Source: Candidatus Multivoradales bacterium
GTDB taxonomy: Bacteria; Acidobacteriota; Thermoanaerobaculia; Multivoradales; J023
Direction: 5' to 3'
Assembly: GCA_965248925.1 (NCBI GenBank)
Contig: CBDFLE010000005.1
Coordinates: 2,240,001 to 2,304,000, forward strand
DNA length: 64,000 nt
The position numbers were made by a program, and so were the translations under genes. How positions within the stretch are numbered: the first letter of the stretch is position 1; every line of letters starts with the position of its first letter. Positions 20,049 through 30,307 of the stretch are shown piece by piece. A model generated the notes under the pieces. It was not told the origin of the DNA. It saw only the letters and a list, made by a program, of their open reading frames with translations, and searched no databases.

Positions 20049-23000
20049 CTACTCCTCAGGGGACCTGTCGGGGCTCTGAAGCGCTCCCTCGCCGACCGCC
20101 GGGTCGGTCTGGGATTCACTTCGCGCTGCCGCCACTACCTTGCGCCTGCGAATCTTGCGCAGCCGTCTCGAATTCACTGCCTTGCGCTGCTGCCGCTCTA
20201 GGCGTTGCCGCTGGCGCTCGCTCTGACTGAGCCACTCGACGGCATCGAGGCTCTGCTCGGGATCACCGCAGAGGGAACTCAGCAAGGTCTGGTAGCGCGC
20301 CTGCCAAGACTCGATCGTCGACCGGTCAAATAGATCGCGGGCGTAGGACCAAGTCGCCGCCAGTCCATCGCCGCGGTCACTGATCCACAGAGTCAAGTCG
20401 TAGCGCACCAGGTCCCGCTGGCGCTCGACCAGCAGCAGTTCCAGATCGTCGATCAGACGCTTCTCAAGCGGTGCGTTGCGCAGTCCGAAAGCGACCTGGA
20501 AAATCGGCGTCACCCCCGGCTGGCGGGGCGGTCGCAGCTCCTCGACCAGCCGATCGAAGGGCAGGCTCTGATGGCTCAACGCGGCCATGGTCTGCTCCCT
20601 AACGGATCCCAGAAGATGGCTGAAGCTCGCCGCGCCATCGACCTCGATGCGCACCGGCAGCATGTTGATGAAACAGCCGACCAACCCTTGAATCGCGGCG
20701 TGCTCCCGGCCGGCGACCGCGGTGCCGACAATCAGATCCCGCTGCCCGGTGAGGCGATAGAGCAAGACCTCGAAAGCCGCCAGCAGGGTCATGAAGAGGG
20801 TGGTGCCGGAGCGCCGGCTGAGGCGCCGCAGCTCCACCACTAGAGCCGGCGGCAGCGACTGGCAAACACGCCCCCCCAACTGGCTAGCAACCGCCGGCCG
20901 TGGACGATCTGTGGGCACCGCCAGCAACGGCAGCTCGCCGGCCAGCCGGTGGCGCCAGAAGGCCAGGTTGCTGGCCAGCAATTCGCCCTGCAGGGTCTGC
21001 CGCTGCCACGCCGCATAGTCGGCGTACTGCAGCGGCAACTCCGCCAGCGGAGCCGGCTGGCCGTCGGCGAACGCCTGGTAGAGCTCGGCGACCTCCGCCA
21101 CCAACTGCTCGATCGACCAGGCGTCACTGACCACATGGTGGAGGGTGAAGAGAACCTGGTGATCATCGCCGGCTAGCTTCACCAAGGTCACTCGCAGCAG
21201 CGGCGCCCGCTCGAGATCGAAGGGCCAGCGGGCTTCTTGAGCCGCCGCCCGACCGGCCTCTCGCTCACTGCCAGCCAGAGTCGATAGGGCCGACAGATCA
21301 ATCATCGGACAGCGCATCTCGACCGTCGAATGAATGATCTGCAGCGGCTCTTCGCGGTCGAAGCTGGTGCGCAAGACCTCGTGCCGTGCGACCGTGTGGC
21401 GGATCGCGGCATGGAGGATCGGCAAACGCAGCGGACCGCGCAAACGCACCGCCGAAGGAATGTTGTAAGCGGCGCTGGCGGGCTCCATCCAATGCAACAC
21501 CCAGAGCCTCTGCTGGGCGAAAGACAGGGCCAACGGGCGGTCGCGGGGGACCTGCCGCAGCGGCACTGGCCGCCCGCCGCCGGGATTTCGAGTGGCCTGG
21601 TCGACCCGTTCCGCCAGCTCGGCCAGAGTCTGAGCACGAAAGAACTCGGCCAGGCTCACCTCGAGGTCGAACAGCGACTGCAAGCGGACCAACATTTGGG
21701 TGGCCAAGAGCGAATGACCGCCGAGGGCGAAGAAATTCGCCTCGACCCCAACCTCTTGGCGGCCCAGCAGCTCGCACCACAGGCCGTGCAGGATCTCCTC
21801 GGTGGCGGTCCTGGGAGCCACCGAAGCGGCATCCCGCGGCGCCGACGCCAGCAAGGCCCGGCGGTCGATCTTGCCGCTGACCGTCCGCGGCAGCAGATCG
21901 AGCTCGACCCAGGAAGAGGGCACCATCACCGGATCGAGGTGCAGCAGCAGATGGTCCCTAACCGCCTCCGTGCTCACCCCTTCAGCCAGCACCAAGTAGG
22001 CGCGGAGAGCGTTGAATCCCACGGCGTCCAGAACCTCCACCAAGGCCACGTCGACGACTCCCCGACAGCCCCGCAGGACATTCTCCACCTCGCCCAGCTC
22101 GACCCGGACACCGCGAATCTTGAGCTGCTGGTCGCGGCGACCGACGAACTCAAGTGCTCCGTCGGCGTGCCGCCGCGCGAGGTCGCCGGTGCGGTAGACG
22201 ATGTCCGCTGGCTGGTCGGTGAACGGATTCTGGACAAACACTTGCTGGGTCAGCTCCTGGTCGTGCAGATAGCCGAGAGAACGGTAGGGAGTGCGGATCA
22301 AGATCTCCCCCACCGTGGCCTGAGGGCAAGCCCTGTTCGCCGTATCCACCAACACCACCGCCGCGCCCGGCATCGGCTGGCCGAGAGGGATGAAACGGCG
22401 TCCGCCATCGGCCGGCGCGACGCGGTAGAAGAGCTTGGTCATGGTGGTCTCGGACGGACCATAGAGATTGACCAGCTGCACCCTCTCGCCGTAGCGCTCG
22501 ACGAATCTCTCGACATCGCTGGGCAGGAGGACTTCGCCAGCGAGCAGCAGGTAGCGCAAGCTGGCCAGAGCAGGAGCCTGCCGGTCGGGTAGGCCGAGCA
22601 GCGACCGCAGCAGCGAGGGCACGCAGTGCAACACCTCGACCTGGGCTCGATCCAGCCATCGGGCGAGGGCTCGGGCGTCGCGAATGGTGGCCCGTGAACG
22701 TGGCGCGCAGACCGTGCCACCCACCGCCAAGGCAACAAAAATATCTCGCAGGCAGGCATCGAAGGCCGGCGAGGCCAACTGACTGACCCGGCAGCCGGGG
22801 CCAAGCCGCAGCTCTTCGATCTCCCAGCGAACGAAATGGTCGATCGCTTTCAGCCGGCCAGTGATCGCTTTAGGTTGGCCGGTGGAACCCGAGGTCATGA
22901 AGACATAGCAGAGATCGTCCCCCTGCCACTCATGCTCCTCCGCCAGCAACGCCGCGGCACTGCCCGATGGGATCGCCGGATCGGCCCAGGACCGTAGGCG

Positions 23001-23414
23001 AAGATCCTCGGCAGAGGCTGCTTGCAGATTCTTGATCAGGCCCTGACGCAGGTCGCCATCCAGCAGCCAAGAATGAGGCCGCGCCTGGGTGCACATCGCT
23101 CGCAAGCGGGACGGCGCCGTGGCCGGGTCGATCGGCATGAAAGCACATCCGGCTCGCAGTGCCGCCAGCAGGCCGACGATCAAGCGATCCGGCCGAGTGG
23201 TCAGCAGGGCCAGCAGATCCCCCGCCTGGGCGCCGCCGGCGTGCAACTCGTCGGCCAGTCGTGCCGAACGCCGCTCCAGCTCAGCGTAGCTCGTCACCAC
23301 CCCCTCGAGGTCGATCGCCGGCTCGTCCGGATAGCGCCGCGCCGACTCGAGGAAAAGCTGGTGAACGAACCCAGATGCCAGCCGAGGGTCGCTAGATGCT
23401 AGGCCGCCGATCAT
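20049..23414 (-). CDS. NRPS4 (~1121 aa): A8-T-C
   Basis: The ORF track starts at 23429 (TTG), but ATG 23414 overlaps the NRPS3 stop (ATGA) and follows a GGAGGG RBS. YVFMTSGSTGQPK, GGHSLL, HHVVSDA; code DARHLALMTK. Confidence 0.93.
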   Translation of the reverse strand: MIGGLASSDPRLASGFVHQLFLESARRYPDEPAIDLEGVVTSYAELERRSARLADELHAGGAQAGDLLALLTTRPDRLIVGLLAALRAGCAFMPIDPATAPSRLRAMCTQARPHSWLLDGDLRQGLIKNLQAASAEDLRLRSWADPAIPSGSAAALLAEEHEWQGDDLCYVFMTSGSTGQPKAITGRLKAIDHFVRWEIEELRLGPGCRVSQLASPAFDACLRDIFVALAVGGTVCAPRSRATIRDARALARWLDRAQVEVLHCVPSLLRSLLGLPDRQAPALASLRYLLLAGEVLLPSDVERFVERYGERVQLVNLYGPSETTMTKLFYRVAPADGGRRFIPLGQPMPGAAVVLVDTANRACPQATVGEILIRTPYRSLGYLHDQELTQQVFVQNPFTDQPADIVYRTGDLARRHADGALEFVGRRDQQLKIRGVRVELGEVENVLRGCRGVVDVALVEVLDAVGFNALRAYLVLAEGVSTEAVRDHLLLHLDPVMVPSSWVELDLLPRTVSGKIDRRALLASAPRDAASVAPRTATEEILHGLWCELLGRQEVGVEANFFALGGHSLLATQMLVRLQSLFDLEVSLAEFFRAQTLAELAERVDQATRNPGGGRPVPLRQVPRDRPLALSFAQQRLWVLHWMEPASAAYNIPSAVRLRGPLRLPILHAAIRHTVARHEVLRTSFDREEPLQIIHSTVEMRCPMIDLSALSTLAGSEREAGRAAAQEARWPFDLERAPLLRVTLVKLAGDDHQVLFTLHHVVSDAWSIEQLVAEVAELYQAFADGQPAPLAELPLQYADYAAWQRQTLQGELLASNLAFWRHRLAGELPLLAVPTDRPRPAVASQLGGRVCQSLPPALVVELRRLSRRSGTTLFMTLLAAFEVLLYRLTGQRDLIVGTAVAGREHAAIQGLVGCFINMLPVRIEVDGAASFSHLLGSVREQTMAALSHQSLPFDRLVEELRPPRQPGVTPIFQVAFGLRNAPLEKRLIDDLELLLVERQRDLVRYDLTLWISDRGDGLAATWSYARDLFDRSTIESWQARYQTLLSSLCGDPEQSLDAVEWLSQSERQRQRLERQQRKAVNSRRLRKIRRRKVVAAARSESQTDPAVGEGALQSPDRSPEE

Positions 23415-26400
23415 CCTATTCCCTCCCAAGGGGCGGTGAATTCGTCCTCCACGATCGGCCCCTCGGTCCCCGCTTCGGCACTGATCGACAACCTCGACAA
23501 GGGCTGATCCAGATGCTGCGGCAGCTGCTCCAAAAGGCTGACCAGTCGTTCCAGCATCAGCGCGACAGTGGCCCGGTCAAAGAGATCCGTGCAGTACTCG
23601 ATGGCCAGAGCCACTCCCCCTGCGGTCGGTTCGACGAAGACCGTCAGATCGAATTTCGAGACCGGGAACTCCGGCTCGATGCTGGTCAGCTCCACCTTGG
23701 CCAGGGTGACGACCTCCTGCGGTGTGTTCTGTTGCACCAGCATGATCTGGAACAGAGGCGGCAGCGCCGGATCGCGCTCCACCCCGAGTTCGTCGACCAG
23801 GGTTTCGAAGGGCAGATCTTGATGGGCGTAGGCGCCCAAGCACACCTGACGAACCCGGTCGAGGAACTCAGCGACCGTCGGATCACCCTCGAGATCGACC
23901 CGCAGCACCAAGCTGTTGATGAAGAAACCGACCAACTCCTCAAGTTCGCGGCGAGTGCGGTTGGCGACCGCCGTGCCGAGCACGATGTCGCGCTGCCCCG
24001 AGTAGCGCTCGAACAGCACCGCCAGGGCCGCCAGCACCGCCATGAACAGGGTCAGACCCTGGTGCCGGCAGAGCCGCTGCAACGCCATCGCCACCGCCAC
24101 CGGCAGGCGCAGCTCGACGCGGCCTCCCCGCAGTGTCTGCTCGGCCGGTCGCGGCCGGTCGAGGGGCAGCGAGTGAACCGACGGAAGGCCGTCGAGCTGG
24201 GCTTGCCAATAGTCCAGCTGGCGCTGCATCTCGGCTCCTGCCAACCAACTTCTCTGCCAACCGGCGAAGTCGGCATATTGGATCGGCAACGGCGCCAGCG
24301 GCGACCTCTCACCAGCTGCAAAAGCGTCATAGAGGGCCGTCAGCTCGCGCACGAAGACCCCGGTCGACCAACCATCAGAGACAATGTGGTGCAGGTTCAC
24401 TACCAACAGATGATGGTCGGCTGTCAGGCGCACCAGAATAGCCCGCAGCAGGGGGCCTTGGCTGAGGTCGAAGGGTCGCCCCACCTCGGCCGCCGCCAGG
24501 ACCATCGCCGCTCGCCAGGCGGCCGACGGTGCCAGCCCACTCAAGTCCGCCCGCCGGATGGAGCTGGCTGCCGCGGCGGCGATGATCTGCCGCGGCTGCT
24601 GGTCGATTAGCTCGAAAGTGGTGCGCAGCACCTCGTGGCGATCCACGATCTCGGCCAGCACTCGATCCAGCACCCCGGCATCCAGCGCCCCGCGCAGCTC
24701 TAACACCGCCGGGATGTTGTAGGCCGCGCTGTCGGGCCGCAGGCGCGACACCAACCAGAGCCGTTGCTGGGCGTATGACAGCTGTGGCGCGGCAGCTTGA
24801 GAGCGCGGCCGCAAGGGCTGCCGATCCGCCTCGGAGAGCTTCGTCAACCCGGCCAGTCGCGTCGCCAGATCGTCCACTTCAGGGTGGTCGAAGAGCAGCG
24901 ATAGGGGTGCGTCGACGGCGAGCGCCCGGCGCAGCCTGGAGAGCAACTGAGTGGCCAGCAGCGAGTGACCGCCAAGGTCGAAGAAGTTGTCGTCACCGCC
25001 AACCTCTGGAGTCCCCAGAAGCTCGGCGTAGAGACCGGCGACAATCTCAGCGATCGGCGTCTTGGGCCTCCCCGACTGGCACCGACTCGCCGGCCGCTGG
25101 GGCTCCGGCAGGGCACCACGGTCGAGTTTGCCACTCGGCCGACGGGGCAGCTCATCGAGCAGCGTAAAGGAAGCCGGCACCAAATAACTTGGCAGCCGGC
25201 GACCGAGGATCGCCGGCAGCTCGGGGATCAACTCGCGGGTTAAGCGACCCAAGAGAGGATTGTTGGTCAGCTCGCGGCGGCTAGGGCGCAAACCCTCAGC
25301 CGCGCTGGTAGCCGGTCGCGTGGCAGCCGGTCGCGTGGCAGCCGGCGCCGCCAGCCGGGTGATCCGCAAGTCGAATCGATCGAGTCCCAGGGCCGAGGGC
25401 GACAAGCTCACTCGCTGGCCGGATCGCTGAGCGAGCCCCCAGAGATCTTCCGGCTCGATGCCAGGCCCCGACTCAGCAACCAGCCGCCGCAGATCAGCGG
25501 CCGTTTCCTCGACCGCTGCGGCCCGCATCCGCTCAGCATTGGCGACCGCCCCGACCAGCCGGGCGTTGGCAACGCCCAACCGCTCGAGGCCGGCAAAGTC
25601 GGCGGCGTCGATCAGCTCAGCGAACTCCTCGACCCACCCCGGCTCACCGTCCCAGCGCCGGCAGTCGGCGACCGCCGGGCGGCGACGGTGATCGAGATAC
25701 AAGACGACGTCATAGCGAAAGCGGTTGAGTTCGTTGTGCAGCCGGCCACGCTTGAGCTGCGCCTCGACCTCGGCAATCCGCGGTAGCAGGCCGGACAAGT
25801 GATCGAAAAACGCTGGCGCCACCACCAACTCCTCGTCCTGCGCGACGCTCTTAGCCACCTCCTCGGAGAGTTCCGCAGCAGCCACTCCGTCAGCCGCCTG
25901 GAAGAGCTTGACCGAAGCGTGGAAGGCGCTCAGCAAGCGAAGATCGCGGACATCGCCGACGAATATCGAGCCACCTGGGGCCAGCACCCTGACCGTTTCG
26001 CTCAGAACTTGGCTGAGGTAGTCGGAGCTGGGGAAATACTGCACCACCGAGTTGAGCACCACGGTGTCGAATTCGCCGCTGGCAAAGGCCCCCAGGTCAG
26101 CCGCCGAGCCTTGCCGGGCGGTCACTGAGTCCAGCCCCAAGCGGTCGGCGTGGTGGGTGACGTAATCGATCACCGCGGCCGAGAAATCGATCCCGACATA
26201 GACTTCGCATTCGGCCGCCAGGCGAAACAGCAGCAGGCCAGTGCCACAGCCGATTTCCAGTACCCGACGTGGACCGAGGTCGCGGATCCGCTCGACCGTT
26301 CCATTGATCCACTCGTCCATCTCCGGCCGGGGGATCTCTTGACCGCTGTAGCTGCTCTGCCAGCCGGTTGTGTTGTGCAGCGGATCGAGCTCGGCATGGT

Positions 26401-29194
26401 GGCCATACATGTCCTCGAAGACCGCCTGCCACTGCTCTATCTGGCGCGCGGCGGTATCGCCGCCAAGCTCCGTCACCGGCCCGCTGTAGAGCGGATCGGC
26501 GGTGACATAAGCCGCCAGCTGTTGGTCGTCGCCAGCTCCCCGCAGCACCACCACCGCCTCACGCACCACCGGATGCCCGAGCAGCACCGCCTCAATCTCG
26601 CCGGGTTCGATGCGAAAACCACGCAACTTAACCTGCTGATCGATCCGGCCGAGGAACTCCACCAGGCCGTCGGCGCGCCACCGCGCCCGATCACCGGTGC
26701 GGTAGAGGCGCTCGCCAGCGGTGTCGCTGAACGGGTCGGGAACAAACTTGGTGGCGGTTTCTGCCGCTTTTTCTAAATAGCCCCGGGCCAGGCCTTCACC
26801 GCCGATCCAAAGCTCGCCGTCCAAACCCGTGGGGGTGGGAATCAACTGGCCGTCGAGGACCAAGACCCGCAGGTTGTCGATTGGCCGGCCGAGGGGTTGG
26901 ATCGCAAGCTCGATCGCTGCAGAACACCGCCAATGGGTGGCATCGATAGCGGTTTCGGTGGGACCGTAGAGGTTATGGAGCTGCGCCGCCAACAGACCTT
27001 GAAACTGCCGTTGCACCGTACCGGGTAGCGCCTCCCCGCCGCAGAACACATGGCGCAAGGTGCCACACTCGGCAACAGCGGGTTCGAGCAGCAGAGTCTT
27101 CAGCATCGACGGTACGAGCTGCAATATGGTGATCCGCCGTTGCCGCAGGGTCTCGACCAGATAGCCACTGTCCGCCGCTCTGCCGGCCTCGGCCAGCACC
27201 ACGCAGGCACCACTCACCAACGGCGAGAAGATTTCCCAGATCGCCGCGTCGAAACTGATTGAGGTCTTCTGCAGCAGCCGGTCGCCGGGGCCGATCGCGC
27301 AGGCTTGTTGGGTCCACAGGACTCGGTTGGCGATCGCTGAATGAGCGACCATGACCCCCTTGGGCCGACCGCTCGAACCCGAAGTGTGGATGATGTAGGC
27401 CAGGCTCTCGGCGCTGCTCGAGGCGCGTCGCGGCAGCGCCTCGGCAGCCACCGGTTCGCGGTCCACGCAGACCACTTCGACCTCGAGGTCGGCGAACCGC
27501 TCAGCGAAGTCCGTGTGGGTCACCAGCAGGGCCACCCCCGCATCGCTCAAGATCCAGCGTAAGCGCTCCAGCGGATAGTCCGGATCGAGGGGCACGAATG
27601 CCGCACCCAGCCGCAGCACCGCCAGTAGGCTCGGCACCAGGTCTGCACCGCGCTGCAAGGCAACCGCGATACGCGCGTCGGTCGCGATCTGGATCCGCGA
27701 GGCCAGCCGCCGGGCCAAGGCTTCGGCCCGCTGATTGAGCGCCTGGTAGGAAAGCTCAAGTTCACCAACTATCAGTGCCGGAGCTCGGGGAGTGCGGTCG
27801 ACCTGCTCGGCAAAAAGCTGATCGAGACACCGCCCCCGGCTTGACCGCCGAGTGGTGAGGTTGTACTCCAGCAGCAATCTGTGCCGTTCTGCCGCGCCCA
27901 ACAGCGGCAACTCGGCCAGCGGCCTGTCGCCGGCCACCGCCGCTTCGCTCAGCAACTCCACCCACTGATCGACCAGGCAGGCCGCCGCCGGTCGGCCGAC
28001 CGCCGCCGCATCGAAATGCAGCTGCACTTCGACGCCCTCAGCGCTGCTGACCAAGACCACCTCGAGGGTGAAGCTATCGACCGGCGCCCGCCGAATCTCG
28101 ATCTCGGCCTCGAGTTTCTGACCCGATCCAGCGACGGCGCCATGGGTCGGCAGCGACCGATGGCTGAAAGCGAGGGTCAGAGCCGAAGATTCAGCGGCGG
28201 TACCGTCTTGCTGATCCGACCGCGGGAAGTAGTACTCCTGCCACTCGCGATGCTCCGCCAACCGCTGGGCCAGCGCCGCGACCTCCGCCCCGACAGGACC
28301 GGGCGCAGGCGAGTAACTTAGCGGTAGGTAGCGCTCGAACAAACCCAGGCTGACATCGAGCCCGTCGTAGCTGCGACCCTCCGCGGCCACCGCGATCGAC
28401 AGGCTGCTCACTGCCCCGTGGCGGCTCAGGAGACTACCCCAGCAGGCCAGTGCCAGAGCCTCATCCTGGCCCTCCACGGCCAACTCCGCCAACCGCTGAG
28501 CCACCTCGGCGTCGAGCTTCCGAACCTCCACCGAGGCTGCCCCCGGCACCTCATCATCCCTATCTGAAACACTGGCAACCGTGATTGGCAAGCTGAGGTC
28601 AGAAGTCGCGGGCAAATTGGCCTGCGACCAGTACTGGCGCCCTTCCTCGGTCTCCTCTGACTCGAGAATCTGATTGAAGACTTCGGCGATATCGGCGTAC
28701 TGCAGCGGCTCGTCGTCAACCGGCCGGTCGCCGTAGAGGGCCATCAACTCGTCTACCAGATTGTCGAGCCCGATGCTGTCGGCTGCCATCGCCGGCAGGG
28801 CCAGGGTGAGGCGACGCTCAGCTTCGCCGAGGGGCGACAGCCCAGCCAGCAGCACCACCGACGGGGCGGCGGCGCGGTAGCTTTCGAGCGTTGCCCGCAG
28901 AGCATCCTCAGCCGCCAGGCCGGCTTGCAGGTCGATCACTACGGGCTCGCCGGCCGAGCTGATGGTCTGCACCGCCACCTTCATTCCCGCCAGCCGGCGA
29001 TAGCGAGTCCGCAGAATCTCGTGACGCTCGAGCAAGCGAACCAGCGCCCACCGCAGCCGAACTCCATCGAACTCGCCGCGGAGACGCACTACGCAGCAGC
29101 TGACTCGTGGCAAGCCGTCTCCGCGCTGTTGCAGGTGCCACATTCGCAGCTGTTGTGGTGACAGCCGGAAACCTTCAAGGTGCTGCTCGTTCAT
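23411..29194 (-). CDS. NRPS3 (1927 aa): I(degenerate C)-A7(Gln; N-methyltransferase insert)-T-C
   Basis: N-terminus EGFRLSPQQ with a non-catalytic C motif (LALPAMAADS). Code DAWQFGLIDK. N-MT motifs GWQSSYSG...VLEIGCGTGLL...VLNSVVQYFPS...GDVRD...ELNRFRYDV; GGHSLL; terminal C HHIVSDG. Confidence 0.95.
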   Translation of the reverse strand: MNEQHLEGFRLSPQQLRMWHLQQRGDGLPRVSCCVVRLRGEFDGVRLRWALVRLLERHEILRTRYRRLAGMKVAVQTISSAGEPVVIDLQAGLAAEDALRATLESYRAAAPSVVLLAGLSPLGEAERRLTLALPAMAADSIGLDNLVDELMALYGDRPVDDEPLQYADIAEVFNQILESEETEEGRQYWSQANLPATSDLSLPITVASVSDRDDEVPGAASVEVRKLDAEVAQRLAELAVEGQDEALALACWGSLLSRHGAVSSLSIAVAAEGRSYDGLDVSLGLFERYLPLSYSPAPGPVGAEVAALAQRLAEHREWQEYYFPRSDQQDGTAAESSALTLAFSHRSLPTHGAVAGSGQKLEAEIEIRRAPVDSFTLEVVLVSSAEGVEVQLHFDAAAVGRPAAACLVDQWVELLSEAAVAGDRPLAELPLLGAAERHRLLLEYNLTTRRSSRGRCLDQLFAEQVDRTPRAPALIVGELELSYQALNQRAEALARRLASRIQIATDARIAVALQRGADLVPSLLAVLRLGAAFVPLDPDYPLERLRWILSDAGVALLVTHTDFAERFADLEVEVVCVDREPVAAEALPRRASSSAESLAYIIHTSGSSGRPKGVMVAHSAIANRVLWTQQACAIGPGDRLLQKTSISFDAAIWEIFSPLVSGACVVLAEAGRAADSGYLVETLRQRRITILQLVPSMLKTLLLEPAVAECGTLRHVFCGGEALPGTVQRQFQGLLAAQLHNLYGPTETAIDATHWRCSAAIELAIQPLGRPIDNLRVLVLDGQLIPTPTGLDGELWIGGEGLARGYLEKAAETATKFVPDPFSDTAGERLYRTGDRARWRADGLVEFLGRIDQQVKLRGFRIEPGEIEAVLLGHPVVREAVVVLRGAGDDQQLAAYVTADPLYSGPVTELGGDTAARQIEQWQAVFEDMYGHHAELDPLHNTTGWQSSYSGQEIPRPEMDEWINGTVERIRDLGPRRVLEIGCGTGLLLFRLAAECEVYVGIDFSAAVIDYVTHHADRLGLDSVTARQGSAADLGAFASGEFDTVVLNSVVQYFPSSDYLSQVLSETVRVLAPGGSIFVGDVRDLRLLSAFHASVKLFQAADGVAAAELSEEVAKSVAQDEELVVAPAFFDHLSGLLPRIAEVEAQLKRGRLHNELNRFRYDVVLYLDHRRRPAVADCRRWDGEPGWVEEFAELIDAADFAGLERLGVANARLVGAVANAERMRAAAVEETAADLRRLVAESGPGIEPEDLWGLAQRSGQRVSLSPSALGLDRFDLRITRLAAPAATRPAATRPATSAAEGLRPSRRELTNNPLLGRLTRELIPELPAILGRRLPSYLVPASFTLLDELPRRPSGKLDRGALPEPQRPASRCQSGRPKTPIAEIVAGLYAELLGTPEVGGDDNFFDLGGHSLLATQLLSRLRRALAVDAPLSLLFDHPEVDDLATRLAGLTKLSEADRQPLRPRSQAAAPQLSYAQQRLWLVSRLRPDSAAYNIPAVLELRGALDAGVLDRVLAEIVDRHEVLRTTFELIDQQPRQIIAAAAASSIRRADLSGLAPSAAWRAAMVLAAAEVGRPFDLSQGPLLRAILVRLTADHHLLVVNLHHIVSDGWSTGVFVRELTALYDAFAAGERSPLAPLPIQYADFAGWQRSWLAGAEMQRQLDYWQAQLDGLPSVHSLPLDRPRPAEQTLRGGRVELRLPVAVAMALQRLCRHQGLTLFMAVLAALAVLFERYSGQRDIVLGTAVANRTRRELEELVGFFINSLVLRVDLEGDPTVAEFLDRVRQVCLGAYAHQDLPFETLVDELGVERDPALPPLFQIMLVQQNTPQEVVTLAKVELTSIEPEFPVSKFDLTVFVEPTAGGVALAIEYCTDLFDRATVALMLERLVSLLEQLPQHLDQPLSRLSISAEAGTEGPIVEDEFTAPWEGIG
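25306..25346. repeat. 15-bp tandem repeat (~2.7 copies) encoding a PAATRPAATRPAT linker
   Basis: tggtagccggtcgcg tggcagccggtcgcg tggcagccggc; in frame, at the N-MT/A-subdomain junction. Confidence 0.85.
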
Positions 29195-30282
29195 GGCCGG
29201 CCGCTGACCTCCTCGCCAATCTCGATCTGGCTATCGATGTCCTGCCACGAACGCGGCTCGGCCATGCCGACGGCAATCTTCCGCGGCCCCGCGAAGGGCT
29301 GCCGGCCGTGCGCCACCAACATGTTGTCGAGCAGCAGAATGTCTCCCTTCTGCCAAGGAAAGGCGACGGTCTCGGCGTGGTATGCCTGGCGCAGCTCCTC
29401 GAGAGTCTCGGCGGCGATCGGCCCACCGTCTCCGAAGTAGCTGTTGCTCGGCAGGTCGGCCTCCGAGAACTCCTCCAACAAAGCGTCGCGGGCGATCGTT
29501 TCAAGGGTCGAGACGTTGAAGATCGTGGCGTGATTGAACCAAGTCAGCTCGTCGGTGACCGGATGCCGGGCGATCGCCGAGCGAACTGCTTCAGTGCGCA
29601 AACGCCCTTCCGCTTTCCACTCGACCGCGATCCCATGACCGGCGCAGTAGTCCTCGACCACAGTTCGGTCTTCGGTCTGGAAAACGGTCTGCCACGGCAG
29701 CCCGAAGCCATCTCCGAAATTGCGGCGATACATCCATTGGCGTTCTGAGAAACGTTTTTTAGTGGCCTCGGACAGCCGCTGATAAACCCGTCGGCAGTCG
29801 GCGATCGGCGTCTCACCACCGGTTGCCGGTGGGATCACACAGAAAAAGAAAATTCTCAGCGGAAAGCTACTCTGATAGGAGTTTTCGTTGTGCAAGAAGA
29901 TCGTCTGATCGGCCGGAAAGTCGGTCGAAGAGTAGATCTTGCCAGTGATCTGGGAACGCGGCGAGGAGCGCTCCTTGTACTCCAAAGCGCTACCGGACAC
30001 CGCTTCGATAAAATTTTCGAACTGCTCCTCGGTGTCGACATCAAAACCACGGAAAAGGATACCTCCGTGATGACAGAGCTTCTCCTGCAGCAGCGGGCGT
30101 TGGCGGCGCGCCCACTCGATCAACGCCACGCTGCCCGGCTCCGCCGGCTCGATCAGCAATGGCAGGAGTCCTTCTGCGAACAATGGCCGCATGGTCACCA
30201 GCTCGCCCGAGGTCACGCTCATGACCCGGCGGCGGGAGCCGCTGATTCCCGCCTGTAGGTGTTTGGGCAATGGTTTCTTCAT
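29191..30282 (-). CDS. TauD/TfdA-family Fe(II)/2-oxoglutarate dioxygenase, SyrP-like NRPS beta-hydroxylase
   Basis: GGILFRGF, RSSPRS...IYSSTDFP...IFLHNENSY (HxE), GGETPIAD, WFNHA, WQKGDILLLDNMLVAHGRQPF. GAGGAAG RBS; stop overlaps the NRPS3 start (ATGA). Confidence 0.93.
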   Translation of the reverse strand: MKKPLPKHLQAGISGSRRRVMSVTSGELVTMRPLFAEGLLPLLIEPAEPGSVALIEWARRQRPLLQEKLCHHGGILFRGFDVDTEEQFENFIEAVSGSALEYKERSSPRSQITGKIYSSTDFPADQTIFLHNENSYQSSFPLRIFFFCVIPPATGGETPIADCRRVYQRLSEATKKRFSERQWMYRRNFGDGFGLPWQTVFQTEDRTVVEDYCAGHGIAVEWKAEGRLRTEAVRSAIARHPVTDELTWFNHATIFNVSTLETIARDALLEEFSEADLPSNSYFGDGGPIAAETLEELRQAYHAETVAFPWQKGDILLLDNMLVAHGRQPFAGPRKIAVGMAEPRSWQDIDSQIEIGEEVSGRP

Positions 30283-30307
30283 CTTCTTCCTCGACTGACC
30301 GCCGACA

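Noticed and set aside
18800-29194. HH-less N-terminal C domains of NRPS3 and NRPS5 as pseudogenised remnants
   Set aside because: Both are full length, similar to each other, preceded by intact terminal C domains and linked to a TauD, which fits interface domains.
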